Assembly: GCF_026571515.1 (NCBI RefSeq)
Contig: NW_026866080.1
Span: forward strand, 744,001-806,917
Direction of reading: 5' to 3'
Source: Ruditapes philippinarum
Taxonomy: Eukaryota
DNA length: 62,917 nt
Position 1 is the stretch's first letter; each line of letters begins with the position of its first letter. The notes beneath the pieces were generated by a model, which saw nothing but the letters and a program-made list of their open reading frames with translations, searched no databases and was not told where the DNA came from. The position numbers and the translations under genes are program-made. Positions 27,320-40,400 of the stretch are shown here, in pieces.

Positions 27320-30300
27320 TGTTGATATTATTTCTTTCTGTTTGTGAATGTAAATATATAAGATCAGAAGTTGAATGATGAAAAATTCCATATTTTTTCT
27401 TTATATACCATTTGAAAAATTTTGCCTAAAGAAATTTTGAAAACAGCTCATTGAATTAGCAAACTGTGACGAGATTGTTTGATTGGTTTTGATAACATTG
27501 AGCTAGTAAAGTCGCCGCCGTCATCGCCCCGACCGGTGTTAAAAACATCACAGCGGCATAATTAACTCGCCATCAAATTATTATTAGTATCTATTGTTAT
27601 GATAATTAGCGATGATTACAGATCAATATTGTTTCTGATAGTTCACGAACTTCTCATTAGATCAAATATCGATTAAAGGTATTTGGTAAAAAAAATCTTG
27701 TCTGATTTATATCTTAAAGTAAATATTTTTATTACATATTTAGACTTTATCTGCAAAGTCGAAATTTGGGTTTTACATTTTATTACGAAATCAATAGTTG
27801 CGTGAAGACGCGTGAACATAACAGTATAAACACGAGTATTACACAATGCAACAAATTTTGTACATTTCTCAATTATCAATTTTTTCAATAATACTAGTTA
27901 GTAGTATTATGTGACGTCACGATACGAATTCAATATTTCTTTTATTCATTTATTTACGTATTATCATGACATGACTGTACATCATACATACAGCATTAAA
28001 ATAGAATACATTTTATGTAGTAATAGGTCATTCAATATTGTTTTATATGAAACATAAATATAACAAAATTACTTTTATAAGCTTTACATGGATACAAACT
28101 AAACATGTACATCTTAAAAACTTCCAGGGAGCGTTGATGCGTGTTTTTTTCTTCTTTTTTTCCTCTCTTTACTGATAAAGTAATTAATAATTATGTCATT
28201 TCTTGCTATCTTCATATCAGGTGTCGAGCATTGCTAAAGATTATAGTAAGGACAACTAATTATACATATATGATATATCAGTAGCTGTGGATTACATTCA
28301 CATTTAGATGTAGGTTTCATTTGAATATCGGACATATTTAACCTTACATTATAAGATCCAATATGATATCACCATTTTCATCACTGACCTTTGATAAAAA
28401 TTGAAAAAAAATGAGTAAGACTAATAAAGGTATAAATGTCTGAAGTTCTCTGGTTAATCAACATTGATCATCATTATTATCATCATTGATCATCATCATC
28501 ACCAGTATCGTCATCATCATCATCATTGATCATCATCAAAAAACAACAACAAACACAACAAGTATTCTAACTACTTTTGAATATTAAAATTGGTAATTTT
28601 CTAATAATATCAGGACAGTTTTCATTCTTCATTTTACTAATAAAGTAAATAATCTTATTAATTGTTTCTTATATCTTCGTAGACTTTTATCATATTATAA
28701 GTAGAGCACTATTACAGTTACTGTGAAGGCTAGTACAAAGTTTAGCAAGTGTTATTGTGAACAAATATAGGTTTGTTTGAGAAACGAGCTGCTAATGCCA
28801 TTTCATACCAATAGATTACAATTTGTAATATCCTGTATCCTATAGAGCCTACAAAAAAGTAACATTTTATGGCCCATGAATCAAATAATGAAATGTCTTC
28901 TTTCTTTAAATAAAAGCCATGTATTCTTTTTTTATTTATTTAGAAATAATCAAAATAGCACATACAATAGAGGTAGAGACAAGTAAAAAATAACAAAAAT
29001 ATAACACAATGCAAAATAAAACGGTCAACAAAGTTGAGTGGTAAAATCAACTGCATCTAATATGAATCAATGAAATAATCAAAATAAAATTCAGAAACAT
29101 GAATATTTGTAAAATTGATGTATGCTCCACAGTGTTGCTTTTATAAACATGGCCATGCTAGGAGTACACTTGAATTATAGCTGTGCTACACAGATAAGTA
29201 GAAAAATACATTTCGAGACACAGTGAACTTCAGCAAATCTGACTGAACTCCCGCTGAATGGTATAAGACTATTGATGGTATCAACAAACTAACTACTACT
29301 ATCTAAGAAATCAGTCAATAAATGAAAGAGCTATGCCACAGCAGAAGATGAATCTGCAACTATTTGGTCACCCAGAAATTTTCCAGGAGCATAAAAACAA
29401 ATTTAAGATTGAGCCGAGCACTCCACTATTCTCAGTGCTCAATAGTAAACTTAAGATTGTTACAGTGCCCTTGATATTACCTAAAGTGGGCATGGCGGCT
29501 ATGACTCACAAAGGTGCTTCTGCATTCAAAGTCTGAAGTTTTCTGGGCAATGCACTCTGACTAAATGACCAATTTTATGTTTTGCTATTACAGGTGACTT
29601 TGACCTTTGACCTCAAATGGGTATGACGGATAGAACTTATAAGGTCTGATAAAGTAGCATTGTTAGTACACAAGTTAATGGCAATAACCTTAAAACTTAA
29701 CCAAACAGGTAAATCAAAACCAACACTGCCGAGTGGCTCATCACAAAAGCCCCAATTTTTCTTCTAAAAATGGAGCAAATTAAAATGTTAAAATACAATG
29801 TATACAATAACATTGCACAGTACATGTGATAATACATAATAAAACAGATATCTATAAAGCCACTTGCTGTGCAGCATGAAAAGCTATTACATTTATAGCC
29901 CAGCATGATATTTTATTAACTTTTGGCACTACACTTTTGTATGTTCACTTAGATAATTTATTTTACATTGTGACAAAAAAACTAACTGCATGAAAGTGTT
30001 AAAAACTATACTTGAAAATAAGTCGTTAGGGAGGTTAGAGAAAATAAACTTTGCAAGAAAAAAAAATGAATAACTAATAAACAAGGTAGACACAAATGCA
30101 AATAGGATATAAAAATGAAGACAATAAGTAAATAGGCATGTCTTTTCTGAATTATCATCATACAAATTATTTCTTACAAAAACAAATGTGTCAGTTTTTC
30201 ATATTTTCTATATATTTTTTTTTTCAAAATATTTTTTTTTAAAGAATTATACAAATACTTCATGTCTCACAGAAGGCTACAAGAACATTTCTCAATTATT

Positions 30301-31434
30301 GTTTTTCTGTAAAATCAGAAATTTTCATGAGGATTTAATTTTGCTAATTATGCAAAAATAAATATTTGTTAAGTTTCTACATGTACAAATATAAATTCAA
30401 AAGAACTGAATGTAGGAATTTACTAACATTTGTCATTGATCAATTTAAAATGTTGATTTTGCAAAATTCTGGTCTTGAAAAAATATCTGATTTTACACTA
30501 GTGATTTATCCCAAATGACATAATTTGGCATGTAGTATCATTTTGTGGTTGTTTACAACGGTTGAATATTAATTGCCATAGGAATAAAATAAAGTCTTGA
30601 GGTCCTTAACAGAAGTTATATAACCTAATGCCATAGTGTTTGACTTAAATATTAGGAAAACATATTCAAATTTGGAAGTAACATATACTGAAACCAATTG
30701 TTTGAATGAATGCCCTTTTTTATCAAATACAAATGAATGTAAATTTTGAAAATAAATTCTTGAGGATGAAATCAAAACTCATCTTGATGTGGATGGGTTG
30801 TTTTTATACAGTTTAAATGAAAGACAATGTAGTTTGTGATTAAAGTATACTGATATTCACTTCTAAATAACCACTATATTTTTAACCTAGAATTTATACA
30901 TGTTAAATAGGATGTTAATTTATTGTGTCCAAATTTCATGACAGAACATCAAATTTATACATTGAGTAACATACAAAATAAATCTTAAATTCATATACCA
31001 AGTCAGATGAAATACGGCACAATAAATCTTTAATTTATACATTGAATCCCATAACATGCAGAACAATACATGTATATCTATACATCGAGTAAAATGTTTA
31101 TTGTAAGAAAATACACTATTATTTATAAAACATTGGCTTAACATTTGTCTGGTTTTATGGTGATTTAAACACATTTTTGGTCATACAGTGTATCTTGGCA
31201 GTCGGTCCATTTCACTGGCTTTCCACAAAAACTAACCAGTAATTACCAATTTCTCTACTATTCCCACATGCCGTGAGAGACAAATGACCAAAAGACTCAC
31301 TGTCCGAGATCAAATGTCACGGAGAATTTTCACTCGGCCCGAGGAGCAAACATTCTAATGCTCTCCCTATTGACCTAAGTGGATGGATGAACTGGCTATA
31401 TAGAAGTATATATCAGTATATGTGAATGTATTTT

Positions 31435-34400
31435 TTAGCACATAACACAGGTACTGCCCTGTCTTATAGCATCTGGCTCATATGCGTCTATAAATTTAGT
31501 ATTTTCAAGTCCTTTCCTCTTCAATAGCCAGTCATTTAGTGGTTTAGGTAGAATGGTCCATTTATCTGGCGAACAATGTATGTAAACAGTTTGTAGACAT
31601 ATTCTGAAAATATACAAGATACTTTACATTAACACTTTCCCTGCCAATGGAAAGACACATCTCATACAAACAATAATTTATCTGCCTAATTTTGTCATAT
31701 ATTATATTTGATTCAAGTTATGAAATAATTAATTTCATGTAAAGCTTTCTTAAACTTCTTCTAAAAGAAATATGTATATATAAATGGGAAAATACATCCA
31801 TAATTCAAAAAATAACAAAATTCTTACATATGCTAATAAATATACAGTAAACTCTTGGCGAAGATATGATACAGTGAGTTGTTAAGGCATCTGCCTCTCA
31901 CACCAGCTATTGTGTGTTCAAGCCTTACTCCAGTCACAACCAAGCTTTAAACTTCACCACAATCAAGCTACAAGTAATATATCTAAATACTTTTTTATGT
32001 TCAGTGCTTAAATTTAAACAGTATAACAGGTCATTTGTCAGCACCCAGTCACCTAATGTGAGTTTCTAGATTCTATACAGGTACTGATCTGTTTTGTTTT
32101 TCCACAAGCACCTGTCAACTTCTTATAAAATATATGGTATGGGAGGTTGATAAATGGAATTACCTATCAAACTAATTGTCATACTGTGTAAGTGATTAAG
32201 TGAAGATATGAAAATATTGGCGAATTTCACAAATTGATGAAAATCGCAAAAATTTCCTACAGCAGTAATATCAACCAACCTGTCTTTAATTCTACCCTTG
32301 CATGATTCACTTATATTTCCCTATGTTAAATGTCTGGAATTTTAAATTTGTTAATTTACAACATGCGGGGAAATATCCACTTACACATTATGTTACATCA
32401 AAATATTGTGCCTTGTTCAGCACTCAACCTTAACCACTTTTATGTCTCCAATGAGACGAAAGTCAGTCATCCTTCTTCCTGACCACGTTGTGTGCATTCA
32501 TGTTGATAACAAGAAGTAGGAATCTCTTCACTGACATTGATATTACACAAATTTAGTATGGCACAGGTCATTTGCATCAAAGGAATTGTATGCTATTTAT
32601 TCAAATAAAACTTTTAAGTCATTTTAAATCAAACATGTTAATAAACTACTGTTAAATATTTTTTGTACACATAACTTACCTTTGTAAACTATAAGGTTTA
32701 AGTTGGAAAGTCAGTACTTCATTTGATTGTTTCTGAAAAAAAAATTGCTTTGCCATTTTAGTCTTAAACATAAACAATTTATAAAAATCAAATCTGACCC
32801 TGTACTACAGTGGAATTTATTGTGGCCATTAGTTAATATTCTATAACAAAAGTTTGTCACAAAGTTTCATAATTTTTGTTCTAAAATATTGTGGATTTAT
32901 TCTCTAATAAAGCCCCCAAAAAGTATAAAAAATAGTAGAATTAAGAGAGCACAATCAAATGCATGTACACAATAAAGTAACAAAGCCACATTATATAACA
33001 TATGTACATATTATTTGATAAAGCTACTTCCTACTATATCAAACCACTTTTACCTCGGTCCATAACTTTACAAAAATATAAAATTTTGGGATCGATCACA
33101 AAACAATTATTGTGATTTCTGTTTTCATTTCGGTTTGAAACTTTCATTAATCATTATTTTGGCTAATATACTATGCCCAATAATGGTAAACATGTATCAT
33201 CAATCACAACAGGTATAGACCCAGGCCAGTCTGTATATCTGTACAGTTTGATCAAGTCTTTTCGTTTGGCTACTAACATTTTTTCGTCTTCATTTCAAAA
33301 AAAAGTTGAGAATGGACCATTCCCAAAAGGGAAGTTGGATGAATACATTTAAGAAATTCAGCAACTCACTGCAACTTCATCCCATCTGAGTATATCATTT
33401 TCACATCCACCAAATATTAATACTTCACCATCAGTGGAACAACACGCTGTATGCCATAGTCTAGGTTTAAAAAAAGGCACCGTTATCTGTGACCACTGTC
33501 TGTCGGTCACATTCAATTGCCAAGCATCACCTGGTCATCAACAAAAGAAAGAAAAAGAAAATATAAATGCAATAAGAATTTTCAGATACTTCATAATTTT
33601 TTAATTCAACATGTATTGTGTAAAATCTTGGATCCATTGAGGTCTTTGTATCACACACAGGTTATCTATTGTGTTATAAATATAGGATATTGAATGAATG
33701 AAGGTTCCCTAATGAATTTATTGAACAAGTTGAATAAAATATACATTATTCGAGCCTCTGGAAAGCAAAATATTATTTTATTCAACAAGTTCAATAAATT
33801 CAGTAATAAATCTACACAAGTTTTATATTCAATTAATCACATACCCAAAATAAAGACTATTTAAATTGCAAAAGAATCATTTATTCAATGATGCGCCTAT
33901 AGCATAATGCTAGCATTTAGCACAACTTTACAATATGTTTGTGTAACGAAAATGACATCATGTCAAAACATATGCACAGCCCTGCAATACCATTTTTACA
34001 GAGTTGTAAAATCGGAACGGGTATGTGATAAATTATTGTTTTTGCTTTTTCAAATGTATTTTGCTTTGGAACTGAAAATTTCTTTTTTTTTTCATAGTTA
34101 AAGGGGCATAACTCTGCCAAAAATCATCGAACCATGACCAAATTGAACTTGACTTGCGCATTCCTTTGACATATTATATATCCATATGCAAAATTTGAGC
34201 TGAATGTGTACTACCATTGGGGAGATAATGAATGGAAACTGAAAATTTCATCAAGGGGAATAACTCTGTCAAAAATCATTCAACAATGACCAAATTAGAA
34301 CTATCTATGATATATCCATATGTCAAATTTGAGTTGAATATGTGCAACCGCTACCAAGATAGAGAACGGAAACTGATGGTGGAATGACGGAAGTACAGAA

Positions 34401-37400
34401 TGACAAACAGGAGTAACCTGTTGTACAGGTAGGAGGCATGATTATGACCAAGTCTGCAAAGTTCTAAAGCCATATGTCAATGGACTTTGAAAATATTTGA
34501 CGTGGTATGCAAACTTTAACATGGACAATCAGGGAACTAGGATATGTCTCCTTATACCTCCAAAAGTCAAGCTAAATATGCTAATAATAAAAGAGTGCAC
34601 TGACTACAAGTTTCTCTAAGAAAATGACTTGTTTTCCTAAAAATTGAAATATTGTTATCATGAGTAAATCTCAAAGATAGTAATGTCCCAATAAAATTAC
34701 TCACTTAAAGGAACATTGTCAGTAGAATATCCGCCATAAAGGAAGATAACTTCATCCGAGACAGCTGTAAAGGTATGCCATGATCTTCCACATGGACAGG
34801 CACCTTCAACATATAACCTGAAATGTAAAATGCATGAGAGAAAAAAAAGCTCACAGCTCCCATAAAAAAGCCATACGAAACAGAAATTAATTTGAAATGT
34901 GATGTTGTGAAATAGTTTAGATAAGCAGTAATATAATCACAAAGGTTTTGAGGGATTAATTACAAATTCTAACATGACTTATGAGTTTGTCACCATAAAC
35001 AAAGATGGCAATAAAAAACTGGTGTAAAACTTGGCTGTTTTTGTTTGCATTAAAATGGATAAAGAATGGCACCATTTATATAACCAACAGCACCCTTTAT
35101 ATAATTAACAGTGTCATTCATATAACCAAAAGCACAATTTATATAACCAACAGATACCATTTATATATCCAACAACACCATTTATATAACCAACAGAACC
35201 ATTTATATAACCAACAGAACCATTTATATAACCATTCATTAGCAGTGTAATGATGTCATCCAGTGAGCATCTCATTCATAGAATGATTATCTAGCATGGA
35301 TGTTAACACTATACAATTCATAGTCATATGTAAATTTAAAGTGTTAAATTAATAATTGAACAAAATATATATACGATACATAAAGTTTTTTTCTTGTGAT
35401 CTTGTTTCTTTTTTATAAAACAGAACAGCCAGATATGAAAATTGGCAACGTAAAAATATTATTTATTTTGCCTTATTACAATTGAAATAATAAGGGTCTG
35501 AGCACATTTTTCGGTTATTTAACACCGGTTTGTGGTTTTTAAAATCATTTGTGGTCAATTCCTACACATCAACGCCAGCAGTTTGGGTAAAATAAGCGCT
35601 CAACAATTTAACCTTAAAAAAATTATAACTGCCAAATGATATATACTTACTCTCCTGACCAAGTAAGAGTTTCTAATTCTAATGAATGTAGATCATTCAT
35701 TCTTTTGCTGCCATGACGACCACCAAATAAATATACCACATTTTTTAATCTGACTGCTGTGTGAGCTGCTCGAGGAATTGGTACTGGTCCCTGAAACAGA
35801 TACAAGGTACATGAATTTATAAAGATATTGCTACTAGCAGTTACATGAAGTTATAAAGGTATTGATACTGGTGCATGAAACAGACAGAAGGTACATGAAT
35901 TTCTAATGATATTAAGACAGGTACATGAAATGGACAAAAAGTACATGAATTAATAAAGGTATTGGTACTGATTCATGAAACAGACAGAAGGTACATGAAT
36001 TTATAATGATATTGAGACAGGGATGTACATGCAATGGTACTGTTCCCTGAAGGTACCTACAGAAGGTATGTGTACTAAGGTACTGCTTCCAGAATAGGAA
36101 ATTTGTTGTTTATCCCTTATCTACTAATATAGCAATTGAATACTATTAATTTGATATGGAACAATTTTCTTATGTTTTTCTTAATAAATCTGTATTAATA
36201 AATAGGACATTCAAACTTTTGACTATTAATGATAGGAAAACAAAATGATTGAACAAATTTTGAATTTTTGTGTGTGAAATATTTGCTTATTCATTGCTTA
36301 AAAACTTAAAATAACCAGTAACATCTACATTAGCAACAAACAAAGAAAGGAGAACTACTTGACCGACAAAGAAAGGAAAACTACTTTAACAAACAAGAGC
36401 TGTCGGTAGGACAGCAACGCTCGACTATTCTTAGTGCTTGATAGTAAAAAAATTGCTTGATACAGTTACCTCCTCCTATTTACAGGTTGGGGTAATGATG
36501 GTGAACAAGTGTGCGAAGTTTCAAAGCCATATGTCAATGAACTTTGAAAATATTTGAGGTATTACAAAAACTTTAACATAAATTCTAAGTCGAAAAAGGA
36601 GCATAATTCTGTCAAAATGCTTGATAGATTTACCTCCTCCTGTCTACAAGTTGGGGTCATGATGGTGAACAAGTGTGCAAAGTTTCAAAGCCATATGTCA
36701 ATGGACTTGGAAAATATTTAAGGTATTACAAAAACTTTAACATAAATTCTAAGTCGAAAAAGGGGCATAATTCTGTCAAAATGCTTGATAGAGTTACCTC
36801 CTCCTGTCTACAGGTTGGGGTAATGATGGTGAACAAGTGTGCAAAGTTTCAAAGCCATATGTCAATGGACTTTGAAAATATTTGAACTATTACAAAAACT
36901 TTAACATAAGTGGTTACGCCGACGCCGACGCTCTGGTGACTGCAATAGCTCTACTTATTCTTATCGAATGGTCGAGCTAAAAATGTAGGTACAAAATAAT
37001 TTGATCATGAATTTTGATATGAACACACAGCAGAATAAGTAATAAGTATAGTACATGAAACGAGTTAGTTACGAGGATATAACACTGGCTGGGGTGACAT
37101 CAAGCCATGATCAAGGGATGTTTCTGCTAAAATAAATCGCGAGACCGTTAGGCCGAGACTAATTAGTATAATCATAAATTATAAGCTATTAGAATATGAT
37201 ATCTTTAAAGAAGTCTAAATATAAACATATATGCCCATGAACTATGATGTACATATAAGTGATTTGAACTTAATCCATATGACTGTTAAGAGAACTAACA
37301 AGAGCTGTCAGTAGGACAGCAACGCTCGACTATTCTTAGTGCTTGATAGTTAAAAAAATGCTTGATACAGTTACCCCCTCCTATTAACAGGTTGGGGTAA

Positions 37401-40400
37401 TGATGGTGAACAAGTGTGCAAAGTTTCAAAGCCATATGTCAATGGACTTTGAAAATATTTGAACTATTACAAAAACTTTAACATAAATTCTAAGTCGAAA
37501 AAGGGGCATAATTCTGTCAAAATGCTTGATAGAGTTACCTCCTCCTGTCTACAGGTTGGGGTCATGATGGTGAACAAGAGTGCAAAGTTTCAAAGCCATA
37601 TGTCAATGGACTTTGAAAATATTTGAACTATTACAAGAACTTTAACATAAGTGGTTACGCCGACGCAGACGCCGACACTGACACCGACGCCGACGCTCGG
37701 GTGACTGCAATAGCTCTACTTATTCTTATCGAATAGTCGAGCTAAAAATGTCAAGGTCAGTCAGTACAAGCTTACTTGACTGAATATCTCATACCTTGCA
37801 CCTTGGGTTACTCCATCTATTGCTTTCTATATCATACACAAGAAGTTGATTATTCCATTCCCTGTCTTGTGGCTGTAAAAGAAACGAAAAGTGAAGTGCA
37901 TTTCCCTATCACAATTTCCATTAAAATAAGATGATACATGTACTTTTCTCAATATGGTAATGTTGAAAAAGACCTAGCTTATAAAAGATTTCTTCTATAC
38001 ACATATATTCCTTAATTGATAGATGCCTAGTCTGACCTTTAATTTAAACTGTATTCTTTTTTTAAGAAATATTTCAGACTGAAGTTTCTTTTTCTACTCC
38101 ACTAATCTTATACCGGTTATTCAAATTGAACTGATTAGGATCATGAAGGGACCTATGCATTGCTGTTAAAATGAGAAATTTAATCATTTAACATCTTATG
38201 ATACACATTATCTTGTATAATAAACTGTATAAAATAGAAACTTTTTCTATAAAATAGATTTAACCAGAGACCAGTATACAAAATTTATGATTTAACACAT
38301 ACCTACCATGGTTTCAATGTTTGCACAGTAATATGGGCAAATACATACAGTAATGCTTTCTGTCGCAAATTAATATAAAATAGAGAATTATCTATACAGT
38401 GTTTCTGGATACTGTACCAGTAATTAGTTTTTCACTTTTGCAAACAGCTTTGAAAGATTAATATCTTCAGCAAAACTAGCTTAAAAAACACTTTTAAATG
38501 CATCTACACGTCATTGTTGCCTCACTAGTTTTGGAGGGAGTGGGTTGGGTTATAAAACACACTGACAGTGTAACGGTCATATGGTACCATCCGGTTAGCG
38601 TTAGACTGTTAATCGGCCAATCTTGGTCCGATTCGCAGATGTGCAGGTCAATTTCATTGTGGTTGATCATGAAATCCTTTCTACAGTCATTTGCACTGTA
38701 CCTCTGCTCTGGCATGTACAGAAGATATTAGATATTGGTTCCTTGCAAAAGCGAAGGCAACTAGTACTGGTAAACTGCTTGACAGTCCACCAATGTACAA
38801 TGCGGTGGCTGAACTGTGCGTTGGTAAATTCATTGTGGCTAACTGCCGTGATCCAGAGTGAAAATTACCAACACCACCACCACTATGGTCATATGGCGTC
38901 CCTTCATTATTTCAAGCACAGAGGGCACTGAGTAGAACCATTAACATTCTGTGAGCTAAATGGACTAAATTAAAAGATTCAAAGTCCCTGATGAGATTCA
39001 AACCAACAGCAGTGAAGGAAGTAGAAAGAATATCACTGTTCCTCCATTCATTATTTTAGGTTCTAGTGATTACTGTAGACTATGATTTAGTAGATCCATT
39101 GGCATCCCCTTAACTGGTGGATAACTTGCATGATAGGCTACAGACTCACACCAGCATGGACGTAATGCTTGGAAACCTTATACCTGAACATCTCTACAAC
39201 AGTTGTCTTTAATTATTTCAAATTCAATCAACCAAGAAAATATATGCTTAATACAGATCAGATATAATGAAAATATATAGCAAACTGTAACAACAAAACA
39301 CATACTACTGTGGAATTAGTGTCCATGACAAACTCTCCATTTTCATAAAGATACTTTCCTGTTCTTATATTCACACCAAAACCACCAAAATAATATAATC
39401 TGAAGATAGGAAAAAAATTAAAGTATAATGATGTTATTTGAGCACCATGATTGAGCACCATGATTTTAAGCATTTCAAAATAAATTATGGTAATTAGTAT
39501 AATCATAAATTATAAGCTATTAGAATATGATATCTTTATAAAAGTCTAAATATTAACATATATGGCCATGAATTATGATGTATATATAAGTGATTTGAAC
39601 TTAATCCATATGACTGTTAAGAGAACTTAAAATGTAGGTACAAAATAATTTGATCATGAATTATGATATACAAGTTATATGAACACACAGCAGAATAAGA
39701 ATATATAAATGTTAATTATTATGAATACTTTAAACACCTGTTTAGTATTAAGCTTAGAAAATAAACCCAAAAATATATCTTTTGTAAAAATACTTTTCTA
39801 AAAAGATTTACTTGTTATTATAAGACCAAGCTGTAAATTTATCTCTAGGACTTGGTAGCAGTTCTGATTCTGGTATTATATGTTTCCATGTCAGCTGTTG
39901 TAAGTCTAAACAGTATAATTCATTTGTGTTGCCTTCCTCCGTATGACCTCCAAATATATACATTTTACTTGCAATTAGTAAGGCTGAAGCACCAGAGGTT
40001 CCTGGTGGAATGTCACCCTCGGTTACATGTTGGGTCCTACAAAAACCACCAAAAAAAACAACACCTGGTTATATTTGTACATATCAGACACAAATCTCTA
40101 CTATTACATTGGCACCAAATAAAAAGTCAATCTTTCGACATTTCAAAGCAGGTATCGGGTGAATAAAGAAATAAGTATAATATATGTATACATACATGTA
40201 TAACTAGACTGTAGACATAAACTTGACTTTTGGAAACACTTTGATAATTTGTCAAAAATTCTGTGCAAAGGGATGATAACTCTTAACAAGAGCTGTCGGT
40301 AGGACAGCACGCTCGACTATTCTAAGTGCTTGACAGTAAAAGAGCCTTGATAATGTTAAATTTTTTAAGTTCACAAAAGGGCTAATTTTTTTTTATAAAT

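Larger units (their letters stand above)
17886..28045. repeat. Tandem segmental triplication (~3.5-kb unit) carrying Cdc25
   Basis: Homologous ORFs at offsets 3515 and 3465 (19677/23192/26657). Introns and flanks are near-identical. (ATC)n tracts occur at ~17886, ~21245, ~24755 and ~28465. Confidence 0.95.

Noticed and set aside
16398-31435. Functional module in which KLHDC2 degrades the neighbouring Cdc25
   Set aside because: Cdc25 ends in GLRLRF, not a Gly-terminal C-degron, and adjacency alone is not evidence.
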